Part shown: piece after piece, positions 22,595 through 32,276 of the stretch
Layout: the number at the start of each line of letters is the position of its first letter
How positions within the stretch are numbered: the first letter of the stretch is position 1
Source of the DNA: an uncultured Microbacteriaceae bacterium
GTDB lineage: Bacteria; Actinomycetota; Actinomycetes; Actinomycetales; Microbacteriaceae
DNA: 64,000 nucleotides
Assembly: GCA_964467805.1 (NCBI GenBank)
Contig: CAYXSU010000001.1
Coordinates: 149,261-213,260, forward strand
Direction: 5' to 3'
Made by a program: the position numbers and the translations under genes
Notes under the pieces: model-generated
What the model was told of the DNA's origin: nothing
The model's database searches: none
The model's input: the letters and a program-made list of their open reading frames with translations, nothing else

Positions 22595-23449
22595 CTAGAA
22601 CGCGGGCAAACCCACAGACCGCTTCATCGAGTTCACAACCTCGCGCTCCCTTGGAAGCGAGATGCTGCCATCGCCCTGAACGAACCACCGAATCTGATGC
22701 AGTGCCTGGTGAACCAACATCGGGAGACCTGATATCACCAGAGCGCCCTCGGCCAGCCAGTGCGATGCCGCGGAAGAGGGCCACGGATCATACGCAACAT
22801 CAAAAAGCGCGCTATTGCGAAGAAGAGTGGGTGAGGGAACAAACGGGAACTCAGACCCTCCAGGCAATGTGTTCACGACGAGTTCTGGAAGGGGCGCATC
22901 GACCACATCGTCAAGATGGACGATTGTCACGTTGCTGCCTGAACGATTAATCACGTTGGCGGCAACGGACGCTCGGCTGGGGTCCCTGACCACGAGAACA
23001 ATCTCCCGAACGCCCCGCCTCCCCAAGGCATAACCGACGGCGCGCGCGGTAGCGCCGGCACCAACAATCCACGACGTCTCCACGTCGACACCAGCGTCGT
23101 CTAGGGCGCCTGAAACCCCGAGCGGATCGGTGTTCGTGAGGAGTGGACCGTCGGCTCCGAACACGACCGTATTCGCAACACCCAGAACATCGACGATCGG
23201 CTCGCGAGTCGTCACAAGGTCCAGAACGTCCTCTTTGAGCGGCATGGTTAGTGAGAGACCCTTGACCCCTTCGCTGAGGGAACCAAACTCATGCTCAAGA
23301 GTGGCCGAAGTCACCTCTCGAGGGCGGTAGTCCCACTCGAGTCCAAGCTCTGCATAAGCGGTGGAATGCAGTGTTGGCGAGAGAGAGTGGCCAATTGGGG
23401 AGCCCCACACCTCTCCCCAGGGCTTAGCAGAACGCACTGTTCTCTTCAC
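22595..23449 (-). CDS. aroE: shikimate dehydrogenase
   Basis: GSPIGHSLSP, SLTMPLKE, NTD, GAGATA, DVAY, MLVHQA; start uncertain (GTG at 23449 or 23437). Confidence 0.92.
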   Translation of the reverse strand: MKRTVRSAKPWGEVWGSPIGHSLSPTLHSTAYAELGLEWDYRPREVTSATLEHEFGSLSEGVKGLSLTMPLKEDVLDLVTTREPIVDVLGVANTVVFGADGPLLTNTDPLGVSGALDDAGVDVETSWIVGAGATARAVGYALGRRGVREIVLVVRDPSRASVAANVINRSGSNVTIVHLDDVVDAPLPELVVNTLPGGSEFPFVPSPTLLRNSALFDVAYDPWPSSAASHWLAEGALVISGLPMLVHQALHQIRWFVQGDGSISLPREREVVNSMKRSVGLPAF

Positions 23450-24611
23450 TGGCACGACACCATTCGAGCCACTGGTCCCTAGCTCGATTGTGTTCAGCGT
23501 ACGTCTCCGAGAACACCGTTTCGCCCGTTCGAAGATCGACCGACACGAAATACAGCCACGGCCCATCAACCGGGTTTATCGCTGCATCAATTGCGAGCTC
23601 CCCCGGTAACGAGATGGGGCCCGGGGGAAGTCCAGAGATCACGTACGTGTTGTAGGGGTTGCCTTCGTCCGCCCTGTCGGCATCCGAGGTCCCAGCGCCG
23701 TCATAAAGCCCTGTCCAGTACGTCACGGTGGCATCAGACTGCAGTGGCATCCCAACCTCGAGTCGGTTGGCGAACACCCGGGAGACCTTGTAAAAATCCT
23801 GTTCGAACCTTGCCTCGCGTTGAATCAAACCTGCCATCGTTAGAACCTCGTGCCAGTCCTCGGGCGCCACCCCGCTGGCGTTCAAACGGCTGATCATTTC
23901 TTGGACCATTCGGTCAACAATCTCGCTGGCCGTAACGCCAGGCTCAAACGTGTAGGTAGCTGGGAACAGGTACCCCTCGAGCTTTCCGGTAGGACTGTCG
24001 ATGCCGTACGCGGCGGGGTCGGACACTGCGTCCTCAAAATCTGAAACCGGCAGGCCAGAGGCAGAAGCGATGATGTCGATTGCTTGCTCAAGGGTCTTGC
24101 CCTCGGGAATCGTGAACTTGACTTGAAAGCGGTTAGCGGGGTCCAGTAGGGCCGCAATGGCCGCCTCCCCGGACATTCCGGTCAACAGTCGATACGTTCC
24201 TGGTTGAAACACAATCGTCGTGTCCGCAAGCAATATGGAATACACGGCCTCGAATGAGGCCGTCACGCCGGCCTCGGCGAGCTTCCTAGCGACAGTTTCG
24301 CCGATGTCGCCAGGCGCCACCACGATGTCAATCACGGGTTCAGCGCCGGATCCCTCGAAGTCAGCGATCTCCTCCGCCGCAAAATAGTCCACGATCCGTG
24401 TTCCGTATTCATTCCACAAAAGCCACACCCCAGAACCACTCAACACAAGTACCAGGACGGCCACAATCGCGAAGAGTGTTTTTCCGCCGGACTGACGAGG
24501 AGCCTTCGGCTCACGCAGGTCACGGCGCGCAGGAGGCTTCTCGCCTGAGTTCTGGGGCGTCAGGGGAGGAAGAGTACTGAAGATACGGTCGAAATCTGCG
24601 TCATTCGTCAT
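23424..24611 (-). CDS. mltG: endolytic transglycosylase MltG (YceG family)
   Basis: Single TM, TIPEG, LEGYLFPATY, IQREA, LQSDAT, PYNTY...GLPPGPI. Confidence 0.93.
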   Translation of the reverse strand: MTNDADFDRIFSTLPPLTPQNSGEKPPARRDLREPKAPRQSGGKTLFAIVAVLVLVLSGSGVWLLWNEYGTRIVDYFAAEEIADFEGSGAEPVIDIVVAPGDIGETVARKLAEAGVTASFEAVYSILLADTTIVFQPGTYRLLTGMSGEAAIAALLDPANRFQVKFTIPEGKTLEQAIDIIASASGLPVSDFEDAVSDPAAYGIDSPTGKLEGYLFPATYTFEPGVTASEIVDRMVQEMISRLNASGVAPEDWHEVLTMAGLIQREARFEQDFYKVSRVFANRLEVGMPLQSDATVTYWTGLYDGAGTSDADRADEGNPYNTYVISGLPPGPISLPGELAIDAAINPVDGPWLYFVSVDLRTGETVFSETYAEHNRARDQWLEWCRASEENSAFC

Positions 24612-25065
24612 GGGCTTCTGGGCTGTGTAACACGTACCCGCTTGGCACCCCCTGACTGCGCTCCGAATCCAATGCGTGTTGCAAAAGAATAACAGCGGCA
24701 ACCTGGTCCACGACCGAGCGTTGTTCTCGTGAGGACCTCCCGGCCCTCTGCAGGGCGCTCGACGCGGAAACAGTACTCAGGCGCTCATCCACCATGCGCA
24801 CTGGCACAGCACCGAGTGACTCAATTTCTCGGGCAAAAGACTCGGCATCGCCAGTCGATGCTGTCCTTTTCCCCTGCAGATTAAGGGGTAGACCCACAAC
24901 GATCTCGAGAGGCTCGTACTCTCGGACAAGCTCCGCTATACCCGCGAGAGCTGTGCCTCGGGGCAACGTAATCACTGGAACAGCTATTGTGCCCTGGGGA
25001 TCGGACCGGGCAACACCGACTCGGGCTTGACCGACGTCGATTCCCAGCCGGATGCCCTCCCGCAC
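24601..25065 (-). CDS. ruvX: YqgF/RuvX resolvase-like pre-16S rRNA nuclease
   Basis: GIDVGQARVGVA, VVGLP, DERLST, VDQVAAVILLQ. Confidence 0.94.
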   Translation of the reverse strand: MREGIRLGIDVGQARVGVARSDPQGTIAVPVITLPRGTALAGIAELVREYEPLEIVVGLPLNLQGKRTASTGDAESFAREIESLGAVPVRMVDERLSTVSASSALQRAGRSSREQRSVVDQVAAVILLQHALDSERSQGVPSGYVLHSPEAHDE

Positions 25066-27725
25066 TAAGACTTCCCCAACTCCGCAACAACGGCCTCCAG
25101 CGCCGCAGGGAGGGAGGCCCCATCCGGCCCACCGCCCTGAGCAAGCCCAGGCTTGCCGCCACCGCCACCGCCCATGACGCTTGACGCTGTCTTCACGAGG
25201 TTACCGGCGTGAACACCGGCGTTGACTCCTGCGGCATTAGCGGCAACCACAATGGTTCCGCGGCCCTCGGCGAGGGAGCCCAGCACAACCACCGCTGGGC
25301 CATCACCAAGGCCGGAGAGTACGGTGTTTGACAAAATCCGGATGTCATCAGCTCCCAGACTTTCTGAAAGAACCTTCGCGACGACCGAGACACCGGCGAG
25401 GTCCTGTGCGCTCTTCACCAGCTCCGGAGCGAGCGCTCCTGTTGCGGCTTGAGCATTCTTTGCTACCTGACGCTCGAGCCCCTTAACTTGTCCAAGTAAA
25501 TCTTCAATCCGTCCCGGAAGATCTTCTCGCGGGGTCTTCAAGAGCTGGGTCAAGCGACGGACGATGGCTTTCTCCACAGAAAAGTCTGCCACCGCAGCGC
25601 TCCCGACAAGCGCCTCGATTCGTCGTGCGGTGGAGCTTACGGAACTCTCTCCAAGGAGGGTGACCACGCCAATCTGGGAGGAACGGTGGACGTGAGTTCC
25701 CGCACAGAGTTCCCGGGACCACGGGCCGCCAATGTCGACCATGCGAACAAGGTCGCCATACTTCTCGCCAAACAGAGCCATCGCGCCGGCTGCTTTCGCC
25801 TCCGCGACAGGCAAAATTCGGGTGGAGACTTCCAAATCGTCGCGAATTGCGTTGTTCGTGATTTCCGAGATTGCCGACTGCGCATCGTCTGAGAGTGCCT
25901 GATTCCAGGAGAAGTCCAGCCGCATATATCCGGGGCGATTGAGCGACCCAGCCTGTGTTGCGTTGGGGCCGAGGGTGTCTCGTAGGGCGGCATGAATGAG
26001 GTGCGTTGCCGAGTGAGCGCGCGCTCCTTCGTAGCGGGTAACTGGGTCGACAACGGCCTTGACCGTGTCACCAACCCCGATCTCTCCCTCGGCGACTGCC
26101 ACGGTGTGGCTAATCAGCCCGGGGACAGGCTTTTGAACATCTGAGACGACGGCCCGGAATCCAGGTCCCTCAAGAACGCCCTGGTCTGAGACCTGACCGC
26201 CCGACTCAGCGTAGAGTGGCGTCTCAGCGAGAATCACCTCGACTACCTGGCCAGAGCCGGCACGGGTGACGCTCTCGCCGTCCACCAGCAGGCCCAACAC
26301 AGTGGACTCGAGTTCAAGAAGTTCATACCCTGCGAATACGGTCTCCCCAGAGGCGCGAAACTCGGAATAAACGGACACGTCAGCCCGGGTGCTCTTCTTC
26401 GACTTTGCGTCGCTCTTCGCTCGGTCGCGCTGCGCAAGCATCAAAGTGTCAAAAGCTCCACGATCAACGCTGAGGCCCGCCTCGGCTGCCATCTCCAAGG
26501 TGAGGTCAATAGGGAATCCGTACGTGTCGTGGAGAAGGAAGGCCGTGTCACCGGAGAGCGACTTCTCACCTCTCGCAGAAGTTTCAGCTACGGCAAGGTC
26601 GACGATGCTGGTTCCCGCTTCCAGAGTCTTGAGGAACGATTCTTCCTCGGCGATAGCCAGCTGACTGACTCGAGAAAACTCCGTTGCAACGTCCGGGTAG
26701 CTCGCAGACATCGCGTCTCTCGAAGCCTGGAAGAGTTCGGGAAAACTTGGGTCGTGGTAACCGAGCAGGCGCATTGAACGAATGCTTCGCCGCAACAGAC
26801 GCCTCAGCACATATCCGCGACCATCATTCGCGGGAACGACACCGTCTGTCATCAACATCAGCGCTGACCGGATGTGATCGGCAATCACGCGCATCCGAAC
26901 GTCATCCTCGACGTTCGCTCCGTAGCGACGGCCGGAGAGTTCCCCCGCCTTGTCGAGCACAGGTCGCACCTGATCAATCTCGTACATGTTCGCAACGCCT
27001 TGTTTCAAAAAGGCAACTCGCTCCATGCCCATACCGGTGTCGATGTTCTTCTGGGGCAACTCCCCCACGATGTCGAAGTCGACCTTGCTACGCACATTGT
27101 CAATCAGGTACTGCATGAACACCAGGTTCCAGATCTCTATGTACCGGGTGTCGTCCACTGCCGGGCCACCATCTGGACCGTATTGGGGGCCGCGGTCGAA
27201 GTAAATCTCGGAGCAAGGGCCCGCCGGGCCAGGCTGGCCTGTCGACCAGTAGTTGTCCTCCCGGCCCATTCGCTGGATGCGGGAATCTGGAAGGCCAGCG
27301 ACGGACTTCCAAATGCCGGCGGCCTCATCGTCTTCCTCATAGACGGTCACCCACAGTGTGGACTCGTCGAACCCCAACCCGCCTTCGGCCTCCGACATTG
27401 TGAGGAGCTCCCACGCGAACTCGATGGCGCCTTGCTTGAAATAGTCCCCAAAGGAGAAATTGCCATTCATCTGGAAGAACGTTCCGTGACGAGTGGTTTT
27501 GCCGACCTCTTCAATGTCGAGCGTCCGGATACATTTCTGCACGCTGGTCGCCCTGGGGTAGGGGGCTGGGACCACACCGGTCAAATACGGGATGAAGGGA
27601 ACCATGCCCGCAACCGTAAACATCAGCGTGGGATCATCGCTCACCAACGAGGCAGAGGGAACTACGGTGTGCCCACGATCCCCGAAGTAGGTGAGCCAGC
27701 GGTGCTGAATATCGGCGGTGTGCAT
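25065..27725 (-). CDS. alaS: alanine--tRNA ligase
   Basis: HTVVPSASL, AGMVPF, RHGTFFQMNGNFSFGDYFK, HSATHL, ELCAGTH, GGGGGK. Confidence 0.98.
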   Translation of the reverse strand: MHTADIQHRWLTYFGDRGHTVVPSASLVSDDPTLMFTVAGMVPFIPYLTGVVPAPYPRATSVQKCIRTLDIEEVGKTTRHGTFFQMNGNFSFGDYFKQGAIEFAWELLTMSEAEGGLGFDESTLWVTVYEEDDEAAGIWKSVAGLPDSRIQRMGREDNYWSTGQPGPAGPCSEIYFDRGPQYGPDGGPAVDDTRYIEIWNLVFMQYLIDNVRSKVDFDIVGELPQKNIDTGMGMERVAFLKQGVANMYEIDQVRPVLDKAGELSGRRYGANVEDDVRMRVIADHIRSALMLMTDGVVPANDGRGYVLRRLLRRSIRSMRLLGYHDPSFPELFQASRDAMSASYPDVATEFSRVSQLAIAEEESFLKTLEAGTSIVDLAVAETSARGEKSLSGDTAFLLHDTYGFPIDLTLEMAAEAGLSVDRGAFDTLMLAQRDRAKSDAKSKKSTRADVSVYSEFRASGETVFAGYELLELESTVLGLLVDGESVTRAGSGQVVEVILAETPLYAESGGQVSDQGVLEGPGFRAVVSDVQKPVPGLISHTVAVAEGEIGVGDTVKAVVDPVTRYEGARAHSATHLIHAALRDTLGPNATQAGSLNRPGYMRLDFSWNQALSDDAQSAISEITNNAIRDDLEVSTRILPVAEAKAAGAMALFGEKYGDLVRMVDIGGPWSRELCAGTHVHRSSQIGVVTLLGESSVSSTARRIEALVGSAAVADFSVEKAIVRRLTQLLKTPREDLPGRIEDLLGQVKGLERQVAKNAQAATGALAPELVKSAQDLAGVSVVAKVLSESLGADDIRILSNTVLSGLGDGPAVVVLGSLAEGRGTIVVAANAAGVNAGVHAGNLVKTASSVMGGGGGGKPGLAQGGGPDGASLPAALEAVVAELGKS

Positions 27726-27751
27726 AAATCCCTCTTCTAGGTCTCGCTACG

Positions 27752-27907
27752 TCAACCGCGGTAGGACTGCTTGAAACCCTCCACGAAGGAAGCGAGGGTT
27801 GCGCGCGCACGCCCAAAGAATTCGCGACCTTCTGGGGTTTGGTTGACCACATGAGCAAGCAGGAAGCCCGCTATGACAGCGACGAGAGCGGTAAAGAACC
27901 GACCCAT
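27752..27907 (-). CDS. 51-aa small membrane protein upstream of alaS
   Basis: Not in ORF track. AAGGAGG RBS, then MGRFFTALVAVIAGFLLAHVVNQTPEGREFFGRARATLASFVEGFKQSYRG*; one TM helix plus an amphipathic helix. Confidence 0.85.
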   Translation of the reverse strand: MGRFFTALVAVIAGFLLAHVVNQTPEGREFFGRARATLASFVEGFKQSYRG

Positions 27908-27940
27908 GTGCCCTCCTTCAACATTCTCATCGACGCCCGA

Positions 27941-27990
27941 AAACCACTGTGGTGGGGAAGCGTACGCTCCCCCACCACAGTAGAGGTTTT
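27941..27990 (-). terminator. intrinsic terminator downstream of rpsD
   Basis: Inverted repeat ACTGTGGTGGGG...CCCCACCACAGT directly after the rpsD stop, with a GGTTTTC tail on the minus strand. Confidence 0.8.
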
Positions 27991-28620
27991 CTAGCGGGCC
28001 GCGTAGTACTCGACGACCAGCTGTACTTCACAGGTAACGGGGACCTCGGAGCGCTTCGGACGGCGCACCAAAACGCTCTGCAACTTGTCCAACTCGACCT
28101 CGACATACGAGGGGGTTGGGGGAAGCACGTCCACGTGGCCGCCAGCGGCGGCAACCTGGAAAGGCTCCGTCTCTTCACTGCGTGGCTTGACGTGAATCAT
28201 CTGGCCGGGCTTCACGCGGAAGGAGGGACGGTCGACCAACTCTCCGTTGACCAAGATGTGGCGGTGCACAACCATCTGGCGCGCCTGCGCCATTGTGCGA
28301 GCAAAGCCGGAGCGTAAGACAAGCGCGTCGAGGCGCATTTCAAGTAGCTCGACCAGGTTCTCACCGGTCAAACCTTGGCTCTTGCGGGCCTCTTCGAACA
28401 CGCGACGAAGCTGCGCTTCACGGATGCCGTACTGAGCCCTCAGGCGCTGCTTCTCACGCAGACGAACCGCGTAGTCGCTGTCAGTCTTGCGCTTGGTGCG
28501 CCCGTGCTCACCGGGAGCATAGGGGCGCTTCTCTAAATACTTGGCCGCCTTCGGGGTGAGAGGAATACCCAGTGCCCGGGACAGCCTGGTCTTGCTTCTG
28601 GTACGTGAACGGGTTGACAC
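27991..28620 (-). CDS. rpsD: 30S ribosomal protein S4 (zinc-free type)
   Basis: PYAPGEHG, SDYAVRLREKQRLR, LLEMRLD, ARQMVVHRHI, LVVEYY. Confidence 0.97.
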   Translation of the reverse strand: MSTRSRTRSKTRLSRALGIPLTPKAAKYLEKRPYAPGEHGRTKRKTDSDYAVRLREKQRLRAQYGIREAQLRRVFEEARKSQGLTGENLVELLEMRLDALVLRSGFARTMAQARQMVVHRHILVNGELVDRPSFRVKPGQMIHVKPRSEETEPFQVAAAGGHVDVLPPTPSYVEVELDKLQSVLVRRPKRSEVPVTCEVQLVVEYYAAR

Positions 28621-28778
28621 GAAAAATTTCTCCTAGATGCGTTGTTGGCGCTAAACGCCTGATACATAACAAGTGAGGGAATTGGTGGAAGGTTCGCGGC
28701 TACAGCGTGCCCTTCTCAGATCAGAAACACGCAGCCGCACGGTTATCTGGTCTGTGACCAGCAATAACGGTAGCACAA

Positions 28779-30119
28779 TTAGCCCTCGGTGCTCGATTGA
28801 TGGCTGGAGCCCTCGAGGATGGCCCGAATCGCGGCCTGGCGCTTCGCGAGTTCCCCCTCGAAACCCCTGGAACCTGGCTGGTAGAAAGAGGTTCCGCGCA
28901 CCACCTCAGGGGCATAGTCCTGCGTCACGATGCCGGCATCGTGGTCGTGGGGATATAGGTAGCCACGACCATGCCCGAGGGCTTGCGCGCCCTGGTAGTG
29001 GGTGTCTCGAAGGTGTGGGGGGACATCGCCCAGCAGACCCGCTTTGATGCTCGCCTGCGCGTCGTTTATGGCGACATACGCGCGGTTGGACTTCGGGGCG
29101 AGGGCCAGATAGATGGTCGCTTCAGCCAGTGGAATGCGGCCTTCTGGCATGCCTATCAAGGCAACCGCCTGAGCAGCATCCACCGCAATGGACAAGGCCG
29201 CTGGGTCCGCCAAACCAACGTCCTCCGACGCCAGAATGATCAGCCTCCTGGCGATGAAGCGTGGGTCTTCCCCTGCTTCAATCATCCGGGCCAGATAGTG
29301 CAGGGCCGCATCCGCATCACTCCCGCGGACGGACTTGATGAAGGCGCTGATGACGTCGTAGTGCGCGTCACCGTCTCGGTCATAGCGAACCATGGCCCGA
29401 TCCACGGCCAGCGCGACGTGCTCGGCGCTGATGCGTCGCGATTGATCGGAACCAGACGCAACCATCGCCGCCGCTTCGAGTGAGCCGAGTGCTTTCCGCG
29501 CATCGCCTCCAGAGAGTCGCACCAAAAGCTCGATGGCTTCCGGGTCCACGTCGAATGCTCCAGCCAAGCCCTGCGGGTGAGCGATTGCCCTGGCCAGGAC
29601 ACCCTCAATGTGCTGGGGTTCCAGAGAGGCCAGCGTGACAACAATCGAGCGACTGAGTAGTGGGGAAACGACGGAGAACGACGGGTTCTCCGTCGTAGCC
29701 GCTACCAAAACAATCACTCCGTTCTCTACCCCTGGCAAGAGCGCGTCCTGCTGGGCCTTCGAGAAGCGGTGAATCTCATCGAGGAATAGAACGGGAGCTA
29801 CCCCTGTGGTATCGCCGACGGTGCGCGCGTGGGTCAGGACATCGCGAACATCCTTTACTCCCGCAGTCACAGCAGAGAGCTCAACGAACTCTCTCCCCGA
29901 TGACCTAGCGATGACGCTCGCAATTGTGGTCTTCCCGGTTCCCGGCGGGCCCCACAAGAGGACTGAGCTGGCAGAACCGCGGTGGGACGGATCAGCGAGG
30001 GCTCGCAGTGGACCTCCAGCCACAAGTGCCCGATCCTGACCGATAACGTCATCCAGGGTCTGCGGACGCAGCGCAACCGCGAGGGGCAGAGGCGCCTTCC
30101 ATAGGCTTTCCTGGGGCAT
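28779..30119 (-). CDS. rarA: replication-associated recombination protein A (MgsA/RarA AAA+ ATPase)
   Basis: LWGPPGTGKT, DEIHRFSKAQQD, ATTENPSF, SAFIKSVRGSD, SEDVGLADP. Confidence 0.95.
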   Translation of the reverse strand: MPQESLWKAPLPLAVALRPQTLDDVIGQDRALVAGGPLRALADPSHRGSASSVLLWGPPGTGKTTIASVIARSSGREFVELSAVTAGVKDVRDVLTHARTVGDTTGVAPVLFLDEIHRFSKAQQDALLPGVENGVIVLVAATTENPSFSVVSPLLSRSIVVTLASLEPQHIEGVLARAIAHPQGLAGAFDVDPEAIELLVRLSGGDARKALGSLEAAAMVASGSDQSRRISAEHVALAVDRAMVRYDRDGDAHYDVISAFIKSVRGSDADAALHYLARMIEAGEDPRFIARRLIILASEDVGLADPAALSIAVDAAQAVALIGMPEGRIPLAEATIYLALAPKSNRAYVAINDAQASIKAGLLGDVPPHLRDTHYQGAQALGHGRGYLYPHDHDAGIVTQDYAPEVVRGTSFYQPGSRGFEGELAKRQAAIRAILEGSSHQSSTEG

Positions 30120-30198
30120 AAGGCCATGCTAGTCGGGCCAATCCCACCGTCCATCTAGGATGGGAACGTTAACAACTGAACCTTCTGAGGGAGTCCTC

Positions 30199-30915
30199 GT
30201 GGCCACTGACAATCGTGCGAAGCGCGAGCAACTTCGCGTGTTCCAAGCGCGACAGACCTTTCAGGCCACAAAGAAGAGAAGGCTGCGCAATGACCAGTGG
30301 CGGTCGATCGCTTCTGCCCTCGCTGCGGTTACTCTCTCAGCTTTGGCACTTGTGGGCTACGGAACTTTCGGGCCTGGCGCACCAGCGAAGGCTCCCGATA
30401 TCGCCCTTGGTGAGAATCGTGAGTGGACAGGCGAGATCATGTTTGGCGACGTTGAGGTCGGCATCGTCCTTGATGGAGTCAACGCCCCGCAAGCGACGGC
30501 AAACTTCGTCGACCTTGCCACCAAGGGTTTCTACGACGGTGTGAGCTGTCACAGCTTGAGCGTGGAAGTTGTCTTCGTAATGCAGTGCGGGGACCCCACG
30601 GGCACTGGCACCGGCGGCCCTGAGTATCGCTTTGGACCAGTAGAAAACGCGCCGATTGATCAACGGTACCCAGCCGGAACCATTGCAATGTCCCGGATCG
30701 GAAACGACGCCGAGAGTCAGGGCAGCCAGTTCTTCATCGTGTACGAGGACAGCACAATTCCCAACGATGAAGCCGGTGGGTACACCGTGCTAGGGCGCAT
30801 CACTTCCGGCCTGGACGAGTTTGTCGAAACGTTCGCCACCCCCGGAACCGTTGATGCGGTCCCGAACGGCGCTCCAGTCGTGGCTCCTGATATCAGAACC
30901 ATCACAATCCGGTAA
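30199..30915 (+). CDS. membrane-anchored cyclophilin-type peptidyl-prolyl isomerase (catalytic Arg replaced)
   Basis: APQATANF, QCGDPTGTGTGGP, YPAGTIAM, GSQFFIVY, GYTVLG; N-terminal basic stretch plus TM; GTG start after GAGGGAG. Confidence 0.9.
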   Translation: MATDNRAKREQLRVFQARQTFQATKKRRLRNDQWRSIASALAAVTLSALALVGYGTFGPGAPAKAPDIALGENREWTGEIMFGDVEVGIVLDGVNAPQATANFVDLATKGFYDGVSCHSLSVEVVFVMQCGDPTGTGTGGPEYRFGPVENAPIDQRYPAGTIAMSRIGNDAESQGSQFFIVYEDSTIPNDEAGGYTVLGRITSGLDEFVETFATPGTVDAVPNGAPVVAPDIRTITIR

Positions 30916-30996
30916 GTCTTGGCCATACGGACTGCCCGCCAGCAAGCGTTGGAGTAGGCTAAACGCCGGCTAGTCCCCCACCCGCATAGAGGAGCC

Positions 30997-32211
30997 ATGG
31001 CAACAAGCGCTGATGCTTTTGGTCGTGTTGACGACGACGGCACTGTCTCTGTTCGCGAAGGACAGTCGTGGCGCACGGTTGGAAGTTTTCCCGATGGCAC
31101 CGCTGAGGAAGCGCTTGCCTACTTCACGAGAAAGTTTGAAGACCTCGAGGCGACAGTGTCTCTCGCAGAGCAGCGGGTGAAGGCTGGGGCTGCTGTCCGC
31201 GACATTGCTAAACAGCTTGACCGGCTTGATAAGGATTTGGTCGACCCAGCGGCCGTTGGAGACATCGCCACACTGCGGGAGCGCGTTGCGGCTCTGCGTG
31301 AGAAGCTCCCCTCGCTTGAAGCACAGCAAGATGAAGCGAGCAAAGAAGCAGTGGCTGAGGCGCTCGCCCACAGGGAAAAGATTGTTGCTGACATGGAGGC
31401 AATAGCTGCCCAAGAGCCCAGCAAGATCCGGTGGAAGCAAGCCACCACGACCATGACAGAACTTTTCGAGGCGTGGCAGACCCACCAGCAAACGGGGCCT
31501 CGCGTCCCAAAGAAGACGGCCGATGAGCTTTGGGCACGGTTCCGGACCGCTCGCAACACGGTGGAAAGGGCCCGCCGGGCATACTTTCAAGACCTTGACA
31601 AAGCCTCTAAGGAGGCAAAAGCCATCAAGAAAGAGCTCATCGCGGCTGCCGAAGCTCTGGTCGAGAAGGGAGCCGCTGGAATCCCTAGCTACCGGAATCT
31701 CCTCGCGAAGTGGAAGGAGGCCCCCCGGGCGTCGAAGTCGGTTGAGGATGGACTGTGGGCGCAGTTCAAGAAGGCAGGCGACGCACTCTACGGGGCGAAA
31801 GCCGAGGAAGACAAACGTGACGACGAAACCAACTCAGTCAACGCGGAGAACAAAAGGGCCCTGCTCGCTGAGTTCGCCGACATTCTCACGCTGACCGATC
31901 GCGACCAAGCATCGTTGCGCCTGCGCACATTCCACACGCGATTCCAGGCTTTAGGGCCAGTCCCGAAGAAGGATCTGCGCGCAATCGACGACCAGGTGAA
32001 GAAACTCGACGCGCATGTCAAGTCACTGGAACAAGAGTTTTGGACGAAAAACGACCCCGAGAAAAAGGCTCGAAGCGAATCCATGACCGGCCAGCTCACC
32101 GCCGCAATCTCCGATCTTGAATCCAAGATCCAGACTGCGAGCGGAGCTGAGAAGGCCGACCTAGAGAACGAACTCGCCACCAAGAAGGCCTGGCTCGCAG
32201 TTCTCAACTAA
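30997..32211 (+). CDS. DUF349 domain-containing protein
   Basis: FGRVDDDGTVSVR N-terminus; repeated W...GP...LWARF / W...LWAQF helical units; GAGGAG RBS. Confidence 0.88.
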   Translation: MATSADAFGRVDDDGTVSVREGQSWRTVGSFPDGTAEEALAYFTRKFEDLEATVSLAEQRVKAGAAVRDIAKQLDRLDKDLVDPAAVGDIATLRERVAALREKLPSLEAQQDEASKEAVAEALAHREKIVADMEAIAAQEPSKIRWKQATTTMTELFEAWQTHQQTGPRVPKKTADELWARFRTARNTVERARRAYFQDLDKASKEAKAIKKELIAAAEALVEKGAAGIPSYRNLLAKWKEAPRASKSVEDGLWAQFKKAGDALYGAKAEEDKRDDETNSVNAENKRALLAEFADILTLTDRDQASLRLRTFHTRFQALGPVPKKDLRAIDDQVKKLDAHVKSLEQEFWTKNDPEKKARSESMTGQLTAAISDLESKIQTASGAEKADLENELATKKAWLAVLN

Positions 32212-32276
32212 GCGCACTTTTCCACAGCTTGCGTCCCGCTCGGGCTATCTCACACCGAAGCCTTCATCCTGGGTCG

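Noticed and set aside
32218-32226. TTTTCCACA, similar to a DnaA box
   Set aside because: Single copy with a mismatch; expected by chance
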